Source: Eledone cirrhosa (taxonomy: Eukaryota). From it: a stretch of 64,000 nucleotides of DNA. The position numbers were made by a program, and so were the translations under genes. The first letter of the stretch is position 1, and each line of letters begins with the position of its first letter. The notes below the pieces were generated by a model, which was not told where the DNA came from, did not search any database, and worked only from the letters and a program-made list of their open reading frames with translations. The stretch spans positions 25,358,001 through 25,422,000 of the forward strand of contig OZ024755.1 of the NCBI GenBank assembly GCA_964016885.1, written 5' to 3'. Positions 27,640-40,781 of this stretch are shown here, piece after piece.

Positions 27640-27670
<31 letters not shown>

Positions 27671-27675
27671 CATAT

Positions 27676-27718
<43 letters not shown>

Positions 27719-27723
27719 CATAT

Positions 27724-27775
<52 letters not shown>

Positions 27776-28409
27776 GTTGGCTTGTAGTGGGTCTCTTCTT
27801 GCTTACATCTCACTCACGTCGGACGGTCTGTACCTCTCTCGCTCATGAAATCCACCCAGCTTATGCTGACCGGACAACCATGTTGCTTGTTTATTTTCCT
27901 ATCTTTGGTTTGCTTTTATCCTTCTATGTTGTTTACTTGTCCCCCTCGCTTTACGCGATTTACTGGTCCCAATAATTTGTTTAGTTATTACTCGCACCAA
28001 CCTGAGGTATATGATTTTTAATGCGATGAAATACCAATGATGGTTGGAAAATCACTGACGAAGGACTATTTTTATCATATGTAACCCATGTGCAACCATG
28101 CAGTATTCTTCTTTCTTCTCATGTTTTTTCATATATATATATATATATATGTATACATACAAGTGTGTACGTGTGTATATGTATGGGGGAATGTGAGGGA
28201 GTATAAGCGCCTGTCAGGAGGTGGGTGTATATGTGTACGTGCATAGGCACGTGTGTGTGTGTCAGGAAAGCTATGGCACTTGGATCCATATCCATTTTCA
28301 TTTTTTTTTAATGAAGTTAATCCCACTTACTTTAGTTAATTTACTGCGAGCAGTCTATAAGGTTTTCTTTTGGAACTATTGATGGCATTAATTTGGCATT
28401 CTTACCAGG

Positions 28410-28900
28410 GTGAAATTTATCTTGGTTTCATCTATCCCTTTCATTACCATATGCCTAATAAAATACACTACTTATGTATTTCACCCTTTCATTATCATAT
28501 TTCTAATAAAAGACACTACTTATGTCTTTACCCCATTCATTGCCACATTTCTAATGAAAGACACTACCTATGTCTTTAACCCATTCGTTCCCCTATTTCT
28601 AATGAAAACACTGCCTATATCATTAATCCTTTCTTTCCCATATTTATAATGAAACACTGCCTATGTCATTAACCCTGATATTACCATATTTCTAATACAA
28701 GGCACAGCCTATATCGTAAACCATTTCATTACAAAATTTAAAATGAAATACACTGCTTATATATTTAACCCATTCATTATCATATTTCTAATGAAAAACA
28801 CTGCCAATGTCCTTAACCCTTTCGTTTCACTAATTCTAATGAAAAACAATGCTTATGTCATTGACACTTTTATTACCATATTTTTAATTAATGACACTCT
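28410..28900. repeat. Degenerate ~48-bp tandem repeat, about 10 copies
   Basis: Recurrent TTAACCC(A/T)TTC(A/G)TTACCATATTTCTAATGAAAAACACTGCCTATGTC. Confidence 0.8.
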
Positions 28901-29683
28901 CCATAAGTTTCAAATAATTTTGAAGATTTTGATGATTGAGCTAACAGTTTCATTTTTTAAGTTGGGGTACAGTTTGAAACATAACTTAACGAGTGTTCTG
29001 ACATAAAAGGATGATGAAAGGGTTGAGTCTAAATATAATTTTGAAACAAACGACTTTGTAGGTTCAGCCGTGTTGCTATCACATGAGTTAACACGCTCAA
29101 CTCACAACTAAAGGCTGATATTATAAAGCCTTGAGTGGAGATGGTAATATATTTCCTTTGGGCCCATTTGGCTGAAATGTAAGGGCGCTAAATATTCTTT
29201 GTTCCCGCTGGTTCTAAGTCCGAATCCCACCAAGGTTCGCTTAACCTTGCATTTTTTCAGAGTCTATAAAGAATGTACCAACCCAATAGTCAAGTTCTGA
29301 ATGTTCCACTAAAACTTCACCATGGTACTTCGAAAAGGTTTACGCGTCTATTCATGACTGCATGATACAGACTACCAAGTCATACACGATTCCTAGTGAT
29401 TGCCATAATATATTTTATTATACGCACTTTCGTTTATATATACAAAATACTGTAGTCAAAACTGACTTAAATACAAAAGGCACTGGCAAAGCCAAGAATC
29501 GAACAACCCTAAACAAAAAGTCACGTAATTTAAGTGTAAAAAAAAAAAGAATGAAAAGAACCAGGACAATGAAACTGCAGAATATTGCAGAGGGGTTTAA
29601 TGGCTATATAAAGCAATAAAATATATTTATGCAACATTTTCTATTCAATTGTATATATATATATATACACACACACACACATA

Positions 29684-29738
<55 letters not shown>

Positions 29739-29934
29739 ATATGTATGTATGTATGTATATATGAATGTATTTCTGCTCTGTAATACATCTGATAATTTAC
29801 ATTGACCTATTTTTCTTACTGGTAATCGGGTAGTACGCTATACTACCCTTTTGTATTTATAATTGTATAAAGTTTATATATATAAGTATAAATAATATTA
29901 TTATCATATATATATATATATAGATAGATAGATA

Positions 29935-31168
29935 ACTTTCTTTTTATTTGCCACCAGGGCATCAAAGAGTGGGACAAGTACAATGGGGGGAGGGAGTTTA
30001 CATAAAAAGGCGTCCTCAATAAGGAGGAGGCAATAACAAAATATAAAAATATAAAATATAAAATATAACAAAAATAAATTGAAAAACAAAATCCTCAATA
30101 GGGAGGAGGCGCCTTGGGGGGTCGCACACACCCCCGAAAAAAGTGTGCAACCCTTCTCCTCAGGAGCACAGAGAGAGGGTGCTCCCATGATCTTTCATCT
30201 TTCTCACCTACAGTCTGTGTAGAGTGAAGGCCCATTCACACAGGCCATTCTCGCCACTTTCACCCTTCTTTCATAGAAACGGCTGGGGTGCAGCACCTCT
30301 CTCTCCATCCTGATCCTTCTTCCGAAATGATATTGGAAGAAACGGACCAGTTGTTGGCCAGAGAGAAAGGTGTCTGACCTCAGTCCTTTCAGACGCGTCC
30401 ACCATACAACCTCTTTCGCCATGGCTATTACGCACAGAAACACCGCCTCTCCTTCGCTTTTGAAGAGAGGAGGCGGCTTGATCGTTACAATAGACTCCGT
30501 GGTCAACCGGATCGGTCCCACCCGTGACAGCAGTCGTTCGACATAGCCCCACAGATCGGCAATTCCCGAGTAGTGTACCAATGCGTGTACAACGGTTTCC
30601 TCGTCGCACACGCATCTGGGACAGATCTTTTCCGAGGGGTCCCTACCCGGGCGCCCGTGTCTGTAGAGCCTTTCTCGAACGGGCAGAGCCCCTCGGTAGC
30701 ACTGCCAGGCCAGAGACCTCTGGAAGTTATCCATAGGTCCCGGGCTGAATGTCCTACCGAACAGGTTGGCCGGTTCGTTTTCCTCCATGCCTAGGCTTCT
30801 CCGAGGGCGTCGTCGCACCTGCTAACCACCAGCCCTCTATAGAATGACGAGGTGGATTCTCCACCCTTTCGTACTCCTCCAGTAAGGTGCCGATCGCCCC
30901 GATTTCCGAGGCCGTCGACACCATTACTGTTACGTCATCGGCGTAGGCCGACACCGCTTTCCGCAATCGCGGTTCCAACGGGATGCCCTGCAACAACTCC
31001 AACTTCCGCAGCAGTGGCTCTAGAGTCATTACATACAGAAGGGAGGAGAGAGGGCACCCTTGTCGGATGGACCGCGTGATTTCGAACAGCTCCGAGGGGT
31101 AGCCGTTCACCTTGACCCTTGAGCAGATGCGGCTGCTGTGCATGGCATTGATCCAGCCCCTAGCACCA
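29935..31168 (-). mobile_element. 5'-truncated, internally deleted L1/Tx1-clade retrotransposon (RT plus CCHC-region remnant)
   Basis: RSIRQGCPLSSLLY..LEPLL and AYADDVTV RT motifs (30754-31143); CPRC..DEETVVHAL zinc-knuckle region (30204-30818); 3'UTR; (GATA)n on both flanks. Confidence 0.9.
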
Positions 31169-31197
31169 GATAGATAGATAGATAGATAGATAGATAT

Positions 31198-31315
<118 letters not shown>

Positions 31316-31523
31316 GCATATATATATAATACGTCTTTTTCAATTACGAAAACAGATAAAGGTATGTGAAGAGGATATTTCAGCTCAAAATATGTGATTT
31401 ATTACAGTAAACTACCCAGAAGGTTACATACATGATTTACTTGTATGAACTCTTTGTTTGAAATGTTTAAATAGATTCAATAAGACCAAATATTGTAAGC
31501 CACTTACATTATTATACCAAACG

Positions 31524-31712
31524 GGCGGTGGATTGGCAGTATCGGTAGAGAGCCGGACACCATGCTTTGACGCATAGAGTTACGGCCCTTGCCATTCTGA
31601 GTTCAAATCCCGCCGGGGTTAACTTTGCCTTTCATCCTTACGGGGTCGATAAAATAAAGTACCAGTAATGTACTGGGCAATTGCGGCCTTGTGCCTAAAA
31701 TAGAAACAATTA
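31524..31712 (+). mobile_element. tRNA/Deu(Nin)-type SINE with TSD
   Basis: Direct repeat ATTATTATACCAAACGGGC at 31508-31526 and 31709-31727. Confidence 0.92.
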
Positions 31713-32091
31713 TTATACCAAACGGGCAGTACCTATAATTGAAAGGCTCAGCATTATTACACAGTGTCGTGCTAAATCTCTTTGTGTATTATGTCAAGGG
31801 TACACGTGTCTGTGGAATTGCCAGTCAATAGTACGTTAATTTCACATACAAGTGTTCGGTTGTTCGAACAACTGAAACACTGGTCGTCGTAACTGATGGA
31901 GGTCAAACACGTTCACACACATACGCGCATATACATACACACATATACATACACACACTTACACATACACACACTTACACACAATATTGAAATGTTTGTG
32001 TATTGTGGCAACAAGGTGATATAATTTTTGTGAATAATGAAGTGTCATTGTGTGTGTGACCTAAATAACTACGAATAATGGATATTTAATA

Positions 32092-32889
32092 TCTATTCTT
32101 ATACAGAAACTGTGTAATTTGACAGGTGCACATTGAAAAGATCCATATCCCCTATACTCATTTTAGGGAGAGTTATGGGTTAGGATATATGGATGATGTC
32201 TGAGTTAAGGATATGTGGTAGGAGGGGGGTCTTAGCTCTAATATAGACATACAGTTCATGATTGACTGGATTTTTAACGGGATTGGAATCCGACGGTCTT
32301 GTCCACTAGATGTCTTGTTTATTGATGGCTTTGGTTTTCGAGAGTTTTGTTTACACATAGAACATTTGATGATTGATTGCATTTGTTCCATGCATATATA
32401 TATATATGTGTGTGTGTGTGCCGCCATGAATGAAGAGGAGCTGGCTGAACAACGCCAACGAAACACTGGAGCCAAGCAGCGACGGCGTGCTGCGATGGTT
32501 GAAGACGAACTGGCTGAGCATCATCTTTTATATTAATTATCTATATCTATATCTACATATAATATAAAAGATTGGAAGTTCCATAATCCTTTTGAGAAAC
32601 GTGGAACAACCACGTCTATGCAATGATACACGTTTTACAGTCAGGCAGAAGATGAAACTTTTCCTAGAGGTCACTATTCTAGGTGGGAGCACCTAGAATT
32701 GTTCATATACTATGCACAAACGGTACAACGAAGAATCTGGTATATCTGGAAGATTTTTTTTACTGTTTTTTGTATCACACAGACTCGCCTCATACTGTAA
32801 CCAGACAAACATCTAATACAGTCATTTTCTATTTTACCTGTTTTCTCTTATTATCTGTTTCCCTGGGCGAAGCTGGGTACGTCAGCTAG
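32092..32889 (+). mobile_element. Helitron remnant(s)
   Basis: TC starts at 32092/32552; acidic repeat RAAM.EEELAE resembling a RepHel N-terminus; VGAPR..TTKNLVY resembling a helicase C-terminus; 3' CCCTGGGCGAAGCTGGG hairpin then CTAG|T. Confidence 0.7.
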
Positions 32890-32983
32890 TATATATATAT
32901 ATATATTTAAAAGTTAAACATGACTGAATCTTAACCATCTACCATGTCAGGGTATGTCATGCATCATCCTATTTTATCCGATT

Positions 32984-33048
32984 ATTTTATCCGATGAGGA
33001 CGTACTGTTAAACTTAACTCAGTACCTCTGAAATATGTATAATAAAAT
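32984..33048 (+). ncRNA. Hammerhead remnant (CCGATGA core variant)
   Basis: ATTTTAT-CCGATGA-GGACGTACTG..CAGTACCTCT-GAAA-TATGTA-TA-ATAAAAT. Confidence 0.6.
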
Positions 33049-33089
33049 ATAATTGATCACAGGAATATCTATTTTGTTAATATTTTGAA

Positions 33090-33165
<76 letters not shown>

Positions 33166-33292
33166 AAAGTTTTATTTAAGATTGTTGGGTTACAACGAGT
33201 AAATATTTTATAACTGATATAAAAGCACTCAACAGTTTCTGGAGTAGGTTTACTACCAAATCAACTTTTTAAAAGGAAGTTGCATTATTACA

Positions 33293-33478
33293 GGATTGGC
33301 AGTATCGGTAGAGAGTCGGACACCATGCTTTGAAGCATAGAGTTACGTCCCTTTATGATCTGAGTTCAAATCCCGCCGAGGTTAACTTTGCCTTTCATCC
33401 TTACGGGGTCGATAAAATAAAGTACCAGTAATGTACTGGATAATTGCTGGCCTTGTGCCTAAAATAGAAACAATTATT
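33293..33478 (+). mobile_element. tRNA/Deu(Nin)-type SINE nested in PLE-like element
   Basis: TSD ATTATTACA on both sides. Confidence 0.9.
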
Positions 33479-33522
33479 ACAAGGTATGTCACTAATTATT
33501 TATAAAACAGCTTATGTATTGT

Positions 33523-33586
33523 ATTTTGTCTGAGGAAGGCATAACATATTTTTAATATGATATCCCAGAAATATATATAACGAAAT
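33523..33586 (+). ncRNA. Type I hammerhead ribozyme (intact core) in PLE-like element ~33163-33615
   Basis: ATTTTGT-CTGAGGA-..CATATT/AATATG..-GAAA-TATATA-TA-ACGAAAT. Confidence 0.75.
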
Positions 33587-33627
33587 AAATATGGTTTTAT
33601 AAATATAGCTTCCATTTGTTTAATATC

Positions 33628-33676
<49 letters not shown>

Positions 33677-33678
<2 letters not shown>

Positions 33679-34010
33679 TCACTACCTCCTTGTGGACAAC
33701 TGTCGCTCTACACCAGGTCCGAACACAGAAGTGCCAAACTCCCACTGTCATCGCCTCCATCTCTCTCGCCCTCCCCATCTCTCTATATTATGAGCAAATG
33801 GGATCCCACGTGCTGGCCGCCCCACGGTCCCGGCGGACAGAATGGAGAAGGCGTTTCCCCGGAGGATGGTATGGGGGATGCGTTTGAAGAGCCACTCAAT
33901 CTCGCGAGGCTCACGCCTGCGGCTAGCCAGCTCAGCGCCTATGGTGGTGAGTAGGGAGGTAGCCCTAGGGCCAAAGACACCAGAAGTCTCCACTGTTAGG
34001 GCCTCGACTG
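33677..34010 (-). mobile_element. 3' fragment of CRE-clade (RLE) non-LTR retrotransposon
   Basis: VETSGVFGPRATSLLTTIGAELA...EPREIEWLFKRI..TILRGNAFSIL resembles the CRE C-terminal ET.G..G / QRGNA motif. Confidence 0.8.
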
Positions 34011-34119
34011 CTTAATTCAAATCCAGAAGAGGTCAACTTGCATTTTTCCGACCTCACTAAAGGAAAAATACCAGTCATGCATTAGGGTCGATAAACTGAC
34101 TTTACTGGGCTTTCTCCAC

Positions 34120-34300
34120 AAATGTCCCTCCGAAGTCTCCCCCCTATTAGGGAATTTTTCATTGTTATTTTTTTGTTACATCCTCTGTTTTTGTTTTTTA
34201 CACGCAGAAATGCCCATTTGTACCGTCCTGTATTGTCCTGCACTGTCCTTAATGTCTACTTTATGTAAACCCTTGTGGTTAATAAAGAAATCATTATTAA
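34120..34300 (+). mobile_element. 3'UTR remnant related to the Tx1-like element
   Basis: TTTATGTAAAC, CCCTTGTGG..AATAAAGAAA resemble the minus strand of 29935-30010. Confidence 0.45.
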
Positions 34301-35029
34301 CGTTGCTGTACTTGTGCTTAAAGAATCCATTAAAGGGAGGATAAGGTAAAGTTCTGTTTCTGCTTCTCTTGAATTACTTTACAATATATTTCTCTATCCT
34401 GGCTTTTCTTGTTTTGTGTCAGTCGTGTAATATAATAGCTTTATTTCCCAGTGGTGCCCATGCCATATGGCAGCAGAGGTAAACACTGAATCTCCCTCTT
34501 TCTACCTCTCACTTCCTCCCTCTCTCTCACCAACACTGACTCTCTCTCTCTCTCCTTCCCCCTCATTTCCTCCTTCTCTCAGCAACACTGACTCTCTCTC
34601 TCTCTCTCCTTCCCCCTCATTTCCTCCTTCTCTCAGCAACACTGCCTCTGTGCCTCTCTCTCTCTGTGTCTGTCTCTCCTTCCCCTCATTTCCTCCTTCT
34701 CTCAGCAACACTGACTCTCCCTCTTTCTTCTTCTCTCACTCTCTTCCTCCCTCTCTGTCTCTCCCTCTATATTCCTGCCTCTCTCTCACTATATCATTAC
34801 TAGATACCATTTAATACCATCCTCTTTATATATGATCAGAACCAATTACACGATATCACTGATGTTATTTCAAACCCTTTTTTCGCGTTGTTTCATTTTT
34901 ATTGTTCGTTTTTTTTAGTGTGTGCTTTTTTTAATTTGTGTTTCTTTATATTTGTTGTTATTTAATTTTCTGTCTGTTTGTAAATCATTCTTTTACATAC
35001 ATAATCACAGTGTGGGCAATGCCAAATAA

Positions 35030-35372
35030 AAGACGATCAGCCTTACATAAGATGGTGGATGGGTGATACACGAGAATGCTGAGGACGGCTCTGAACATTA
35101 ATTAGTATACACTGAGGATGAAAAACTCAGAGCTGTATAGGAGCCTCCCAAAAGTCGGCTCAAAAGTGACACAGAGGAGACAGGTTAGCTGGACATGCTC
35201 ACCGACATCCAGAGTTGACATTGCACGAAGAGGAAGACCAAGGTTAACGTATGTTGATGCCCTAAAGACAGACACTGGTCTGTTGGAGACGCAGGACATG
35301 GCAGCGATAATGAGGGACAGACACCGCTGAAGAGAACTCGTCCATGGATCTCGGGAATTTTACCCGCTCTAG
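35030..35372 (+). mobile_element. 3' fragment of RTE-group LINE (degenerate)
   Basis: TRMLRTALNI, NSELYRSLPKV, RRGRPRLTYVDALKTDTGL, MRDR. Confidence 0.8.
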
Positions 35373-35594
35373 ATATATATATATATAAGTATGTATACGT
35401 ACATACATATATGTATACAGACGTACAGTAGTATGTATATATATATATACATACATGCACACATATATATATGTACGTATGGATTCACCGAATATTTATT
35501 ATAATGCTCGGTGTGTTTGTAAACAAACATCCCGAATTAAGCCGTACAGTGTTTAGCAACCATCGTTGCACATTTGTTCAACACTGACAAAGGA

Positions 35595-35629
35595 ACGATG
35601 TACTAGTTTCAAGCTATCGTCAGCACCGT
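35595..35629 (-). ncRNA. Minimal type I hammerhead ribozyme
   Basis: ACGGTG-CTGACGA-TAGCTT-GAAAC-TA-GTA-CATCGT; 6-bp stem I; AGCT and ACTAGT palindromes in stems II and III. Confidence 0.75.
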
Positions 35630-35873
35630 ATACCTTCCTGCCAGATGAACGTCTGAAAGTATATACTTTCTTTATGCATAAGAGTGAGAAATGAAATTGT
35701 GTTTCATTTTTTCCATTTATATATATATATATATATATACATACATACTTTATATATATGTATACATATACACACACACACACATATATATGTCTGTGTG
35801 TATGTATGTGTATGTATATATATATATATATATATTTATTTATATGTATATATATAACATTTACTAGAAATGG

Positions 35874-35920
35874 CTTCTACAGGACTAGAACTGTTTCATT
35901 CAAGAGAAATCATCAGGAAA
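35874..35920 (-). ncRNA. Type I hammerhead ribozyme
   Basis: TTTC-CTGATGA-TTTCTCTTGAAT-GAAACAG-TTCTAGTC-CTGTA-GAAG. Confidence 0.7.
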
Positions 35921-35986
35921 GTTTACACTCTACTAATGTATTGAGTACCTTTCTAACCGTGGTTACCTCCGATTGAACCCGGGACT

Positions 35987-36033
<47 letters not shown>

Positions 36034-36034
36034 T

Positions 36035-36370
36035 AATATATAAGATCAAAAGATGGTTAAAAGAGTTCCATGTATTTTATTATGCGCATTTCAAAAACAA
36101 ATATCACCATGCGAAAACATTTGCGTTTTCGTCAGATAAAATAGGGAGACATTATATGAAGGTTAAAAAACACTTGTGAATAGTGTAGTTTTAAATCAAC
36201 ATATGCTGATTTAAAACTGCACTATTCACAAGTGTTTTTTAACCTTCATATCATGTCTCCCTATTTTATCTGACGAAAACGCAAATGTTTTCGCATGATG
36301 ATATTTGTTTTTGAAATGCGCATAATAAAATACATGGAACTCTTTTAACCATCTTTTGATCTTATATATT
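36035..36370. mobile_element. 336-bp palindrome with two outward-facing intact hammerheads (36073-36143 minus; 36262-36332 plus)
   Basis: Symmetric about 36202/36203 with few mismatches; TATTTTAT-CTGACGA-...-GAAA-TGCGCA-TA-ATAAAATA; same family as 8106-8272. Confidence 0.85.
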
Positions 36371-36450
36371 ATTTATACTCCAGTCCTACAAACTGTAGAG
36401 TGCTCCGATATCTGCATTGCTTTATTGTACTACAATAAAACTGACCTCCT

Positions 36451-36514
<64 letters not shown>

Positions 36515-36515
<1 letters not shown>

Positions 36516-37123
36516 GTACTCTCTCGACGTGATTGACTCATGAGGAACAACAGATTTTAATTGTAATGTTTGTGTCTACCGTTTAGACAGAAAACCTGCT
36601 TTGCTTTTGTAAACTAGGCCACAACCTTCACAAACAAATCGTTGAACAGAAACTGTATTTTTGTCACCTTGCTTTAAATCACCTAGGTATTCAATCCTTG
36701 GGTTGACATGGCTCCTCATACCATTTTCACAGATTTTCCTCCGCCTATTACTATCTGCTGCATATTCTTCAAATGCTGGTGACTGTATTCCAGTATGCTC
36801 GATATAATTCTTCAGTTTGTTCTTGTATCTAAGAAGAAGCCTTCCTATTTTTCTCATTCCCTCATGAAGTTGGCCATAGGGGAGAAAATTTTAGGCAGTT
36901 TTTTTTATCATTCATCATAACAACATGGCCAGCCCATCTTAAGACTTTATTAAGAATGTCTCCATGTTTTGTATATCACATTTATGAAACAACTGTTCAT
37001 TAGAGACGTTGTCCTTCCATGTGAAACCACAGATTTCAGAGACATCTCTTGTGAAAATTATCTAGCTGTGTATTTTATTTATTAAATGGTGCCCGCGTTT
37101 CAGACCCCTACAGCAATGTTGAG

Positions 37124-37127
<4 letters not shown>
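36515..37127 (-). mobile_element. Degenerate 3' part of RTE LINE ORF
   Basis: WKDNVSNEQL, LRWAGHV, YGQLHEG.RKIGR..LRYKNKLK, terminal CEGCG..YKSKAG finger. Confidence 0.85.
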
Positions 37128-37185
<58 letters not shown>

Positions 37186-37189
<4 letters not shown>

Positions 37190-37313
37190 AAAGGTAAACA
37201 GAGATAACAACACAATCGGTACAGTCCCTCTTCCTGCTATATCAAGCGTTAACCTAATATATCCCTTCCATATACTGTACCGATTGTGTTGTTATTTCAG
37301 TTTACCTTTTACA
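37186..37313. repeat. ~40-bp inverted repeats with ~48-bp spacer inside (TA)n
   Basis: TGTAAAAGGTAAACAGAGATAACAACACAATCGGTACAGT versus its reverse complement at 37274-37313. Confidence 0.8.
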
Positions 37314-37353
37314 TATATATATATGCATATATACATATATATATATAAACATT

Positions 37354-37496
<143 letters not shown>

Positions 37497-37819
37497 TTGT
37501 GTGTGTGTTTTGATTTCTTTTTCCTCTCTTGCAATAAACATTTAGCTTCTTCAAGCAGTCCTGTCTAGTAAATACTTGCTTTTATACACAAACTGAATAC
37601 AGTTTTTCAGTTTTACAATTTATTTTTTTAAATTATATTTTCTTATTTATTATTCCTAGTAAAGTAGATAAATTCAAAATTAGTTGATGCAGTGAACATC
37701 CTTCATCTTTTAGTCTTTTAAATGTTTTCGTTGAAGAAACCTTTAATTTATCAGCGTGATATATTATGTATACTGGCAACAAAAAACAGACGCAAGCCAT
37801 AAATTGAAAAGAAGCCGCG

Positions 37820-37882
<63 letters not shown>

Positions 37883-37941
37883 TTAGATATACATATGTAT
37901 ATATATTTAGATATATATACATATGTATATATATATATATA

Positions 37942-37983
<42 letters not shown>

Positions 37984-38009
37984 GTATATATATATATATA
38001 TTTATATAT

Positions 38010-38044
<35 letters not shown>

Positions 38045-38749
38045 CGTGTGTGTATGTGTATGTATGCATGTATGTGTATGTATGTGCATGTATATATGTG
38101 AGTGTGTGTCTATATCTCTGTATGTGTATGCGTGTGCATCTGTGTCTGTACGTATGTATATATGTATATGTGGAAGTGTGAATGTGTATGTATGTGTGTA
38201 TGTGTGTTTACATGCTTTGTTTGGGTTAGTTCTCTATAAATACGACAGAGATACATTAGCACATTAAGTAAATTTTAAACAACTTCATGTAACTTACTGT
38301 AAACATCAATTGACTCCGAAGATTACTATGTTTACTGTGTAGAACTGTGGAAGTAGGTGGCCCAGTGTTTAGGTTGTTGAACCCACGAATGTAGGTGACG
38401 AGTTCGAATTCCGAACAGGCTGACGTGTTGTGTCCTTCAGCAAGGCTCTTCATGTCATGTTGCTTCTGTTCACTAAGCTGAAATAAGTGAATACCAGTGG
38501 CAGCTTGGGGATCAACTCTCAGCTGTTTAACGCCCATGAAACGAAGATAAACTTGGGGCTTTTGTCCAACCCATGCCAGCCTGGTAAACGGACGGAAAAT
38601 GATAAATCTAACAGATTGTATATATTAAAACCCTACATAGAATGATAGGGCAGGGTGAGACAAAGAGATTGGAGGGAAAGGGTAAAAGAAATATGGGAGA
38701 GACAGGAGATGCAGACAGAGAGATAGAGAGCGGGTGAGAGACAGAGAGA

Positions 38750-39133
38750 GACAGGCGGAGTGTGAGAGACAGACAGACAGAGTGTGAGTGACAGACAGAG
38801 TGTGAGTGACAGGCAGAGTGTGAGTGACAGACAGACAGAGTGTGAGTGACAGACAGACAGAGTGTGAGTGACAGACAGACAGAGTGTGAGTGACAGGCAG
38901 AGTGTGAGTGACAGACAGACAGAGTGTGAGTGACAGACAGAGTGTGAATGACAGACAGACAGAGTGTGAGTGACAGAGAGTGAGTGACAGACAGAGTGTG
39001 AGAGACAGACAGAGTGCGAGTGACAGACAGACAGACAGATTGTGAAAGACAGACAGACAGGCAGACAGAGAAAGTGTGAGTGACAGACAGACAGACAGAC
39101 ATATTGTGAAAGACAGACAGACAGACAGAGTGT

Positions 39134-39165
<32 letters not shown>

Positions 39166-39965
39166 GAGAGAGACAGAAGATAAAGAAAGAGAACAACAGT
39201 AAACTTAGATCAGGGTATATGTGTAAATGTATATGTAGTGTGTATATGTATATGTGTGGTGTGTATGTACAAATGTAGTGTGTATATGTATATATATTGT
39301 GTATATGTATATGTGTGGTGTGTATGTACAAATGTAGTGTGTATATGTATATATATTGTGTATATGTATATGTGTGGTGTGTATGTATATGTAATGTGTA
39401 TGTGTAAATATATATGTATTGTCTATATGTATATGTGTGGTGTGTATGTACAAATGTAGTGTGTATGTGTATATGTATATGTATTGTGTATATGTATATG
39501 TGTGGTGTGTATGTACAAATGTAGTGTGTATATGTATATGTATTGTGTATATGTATATGTATTGTGTATATGTATATGTGTGGTGTGTATGTACAAATGT
39601 AGTGTGTATGTGTATATGTATATGTATTGTGTATATGTATATGTATTGTGTATATGTATATGTGTGGTGTGTATGTACAAATGTAGTGTGTATGTGTATA
39701 TGTATATGTATTGTGTATATGTATATGTATTGTGTATATGTATATGTGTGGTGTGTATGTACAAATGTAGTGTGTATGTGTATATGTATATGTATTGTGT
39801 ATATGTATATGTATTGTGTATATGTATATGTATTGTGTATATGTATATGTGTGGTGTGTATGTACAAATGTAGTGTGTATGTGTATATGTATATGTATTG
39901 TGTATATGTATATGTGTGGTGTGTATGTACAAATGTAGTGTGTATGTGTATATGTACTGTGTAAT
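38750..39965. repeat. Two adjacent minisatellites: GACA/GAGTGTGAGT mosaic and TGTGTGGTGTGTATGTACAAATGTAGTG-core repeat
   Basis: Direct inspection. Confidence 0.85.
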
Positions 39966-40078
39966 GTTTATGTGTAGTGTCTATGAGTATATGTAGGGTG
40001 TATGTGTATATATAGTGTGTAGCCGGTAATTTCACTCCCGATATAAAAAAAAAATAAAACGTTGAAATTCATCATCAT

Positions 40079-40726
40079 TGGTGGTTTGACAGAATCAGTA
40101 GAGCGTCGGACAACATGCTTCGCAGCATAAAGTTACGGCCCTTTGCGTTCTGAGTTCAAATCCATTGAGGTTAGCTTTGCCTTTCATCCTTATGGGGTCG
40201 ATAAGATAAAGCACCAGTAATATACTGGGTCGCTTTAATCCACTTTCTCCTCCTATTATTAAATAAAGAAATTGGCAGTATCGGTAGAGAGTCGGACACC
40301 ATGCTTTGACGCATAGAGTTACGGCCCTTTCCATTCTGAGTTCAAACTCCGCCGAGATCAACTTTGCCTTTCATCCTTACGGGGTCGATAAAATAAAGTA
40401 CCAGTAATGTACTGAGTAATTGCTCGCCTTGTGCCAAAAGTAGAAACAATTATTTATTATCAGTTTAAAACTGATAATTATTGAGCGATATAATCCCGAA
40501 AATAAGATGTATTTTAGTAATGTTTTACTGTACTTTTTATTTTATCTTTATTATAATTAAACTTTAATTCATATTTTTAACTGATATGATTACATTCATG
40601 TATTGGATTAATAAAGGAGGTTAACGTGGATTTAGTAATATTTGTTTCCCTTTTCGTATAGTTATGGTATATTTACTCGTTTATATTACAAATACTGTCT
40701 TGGTTTTATGTTTTGAACTGATAATA

Positions 40727-40781
<55 letters not shown>

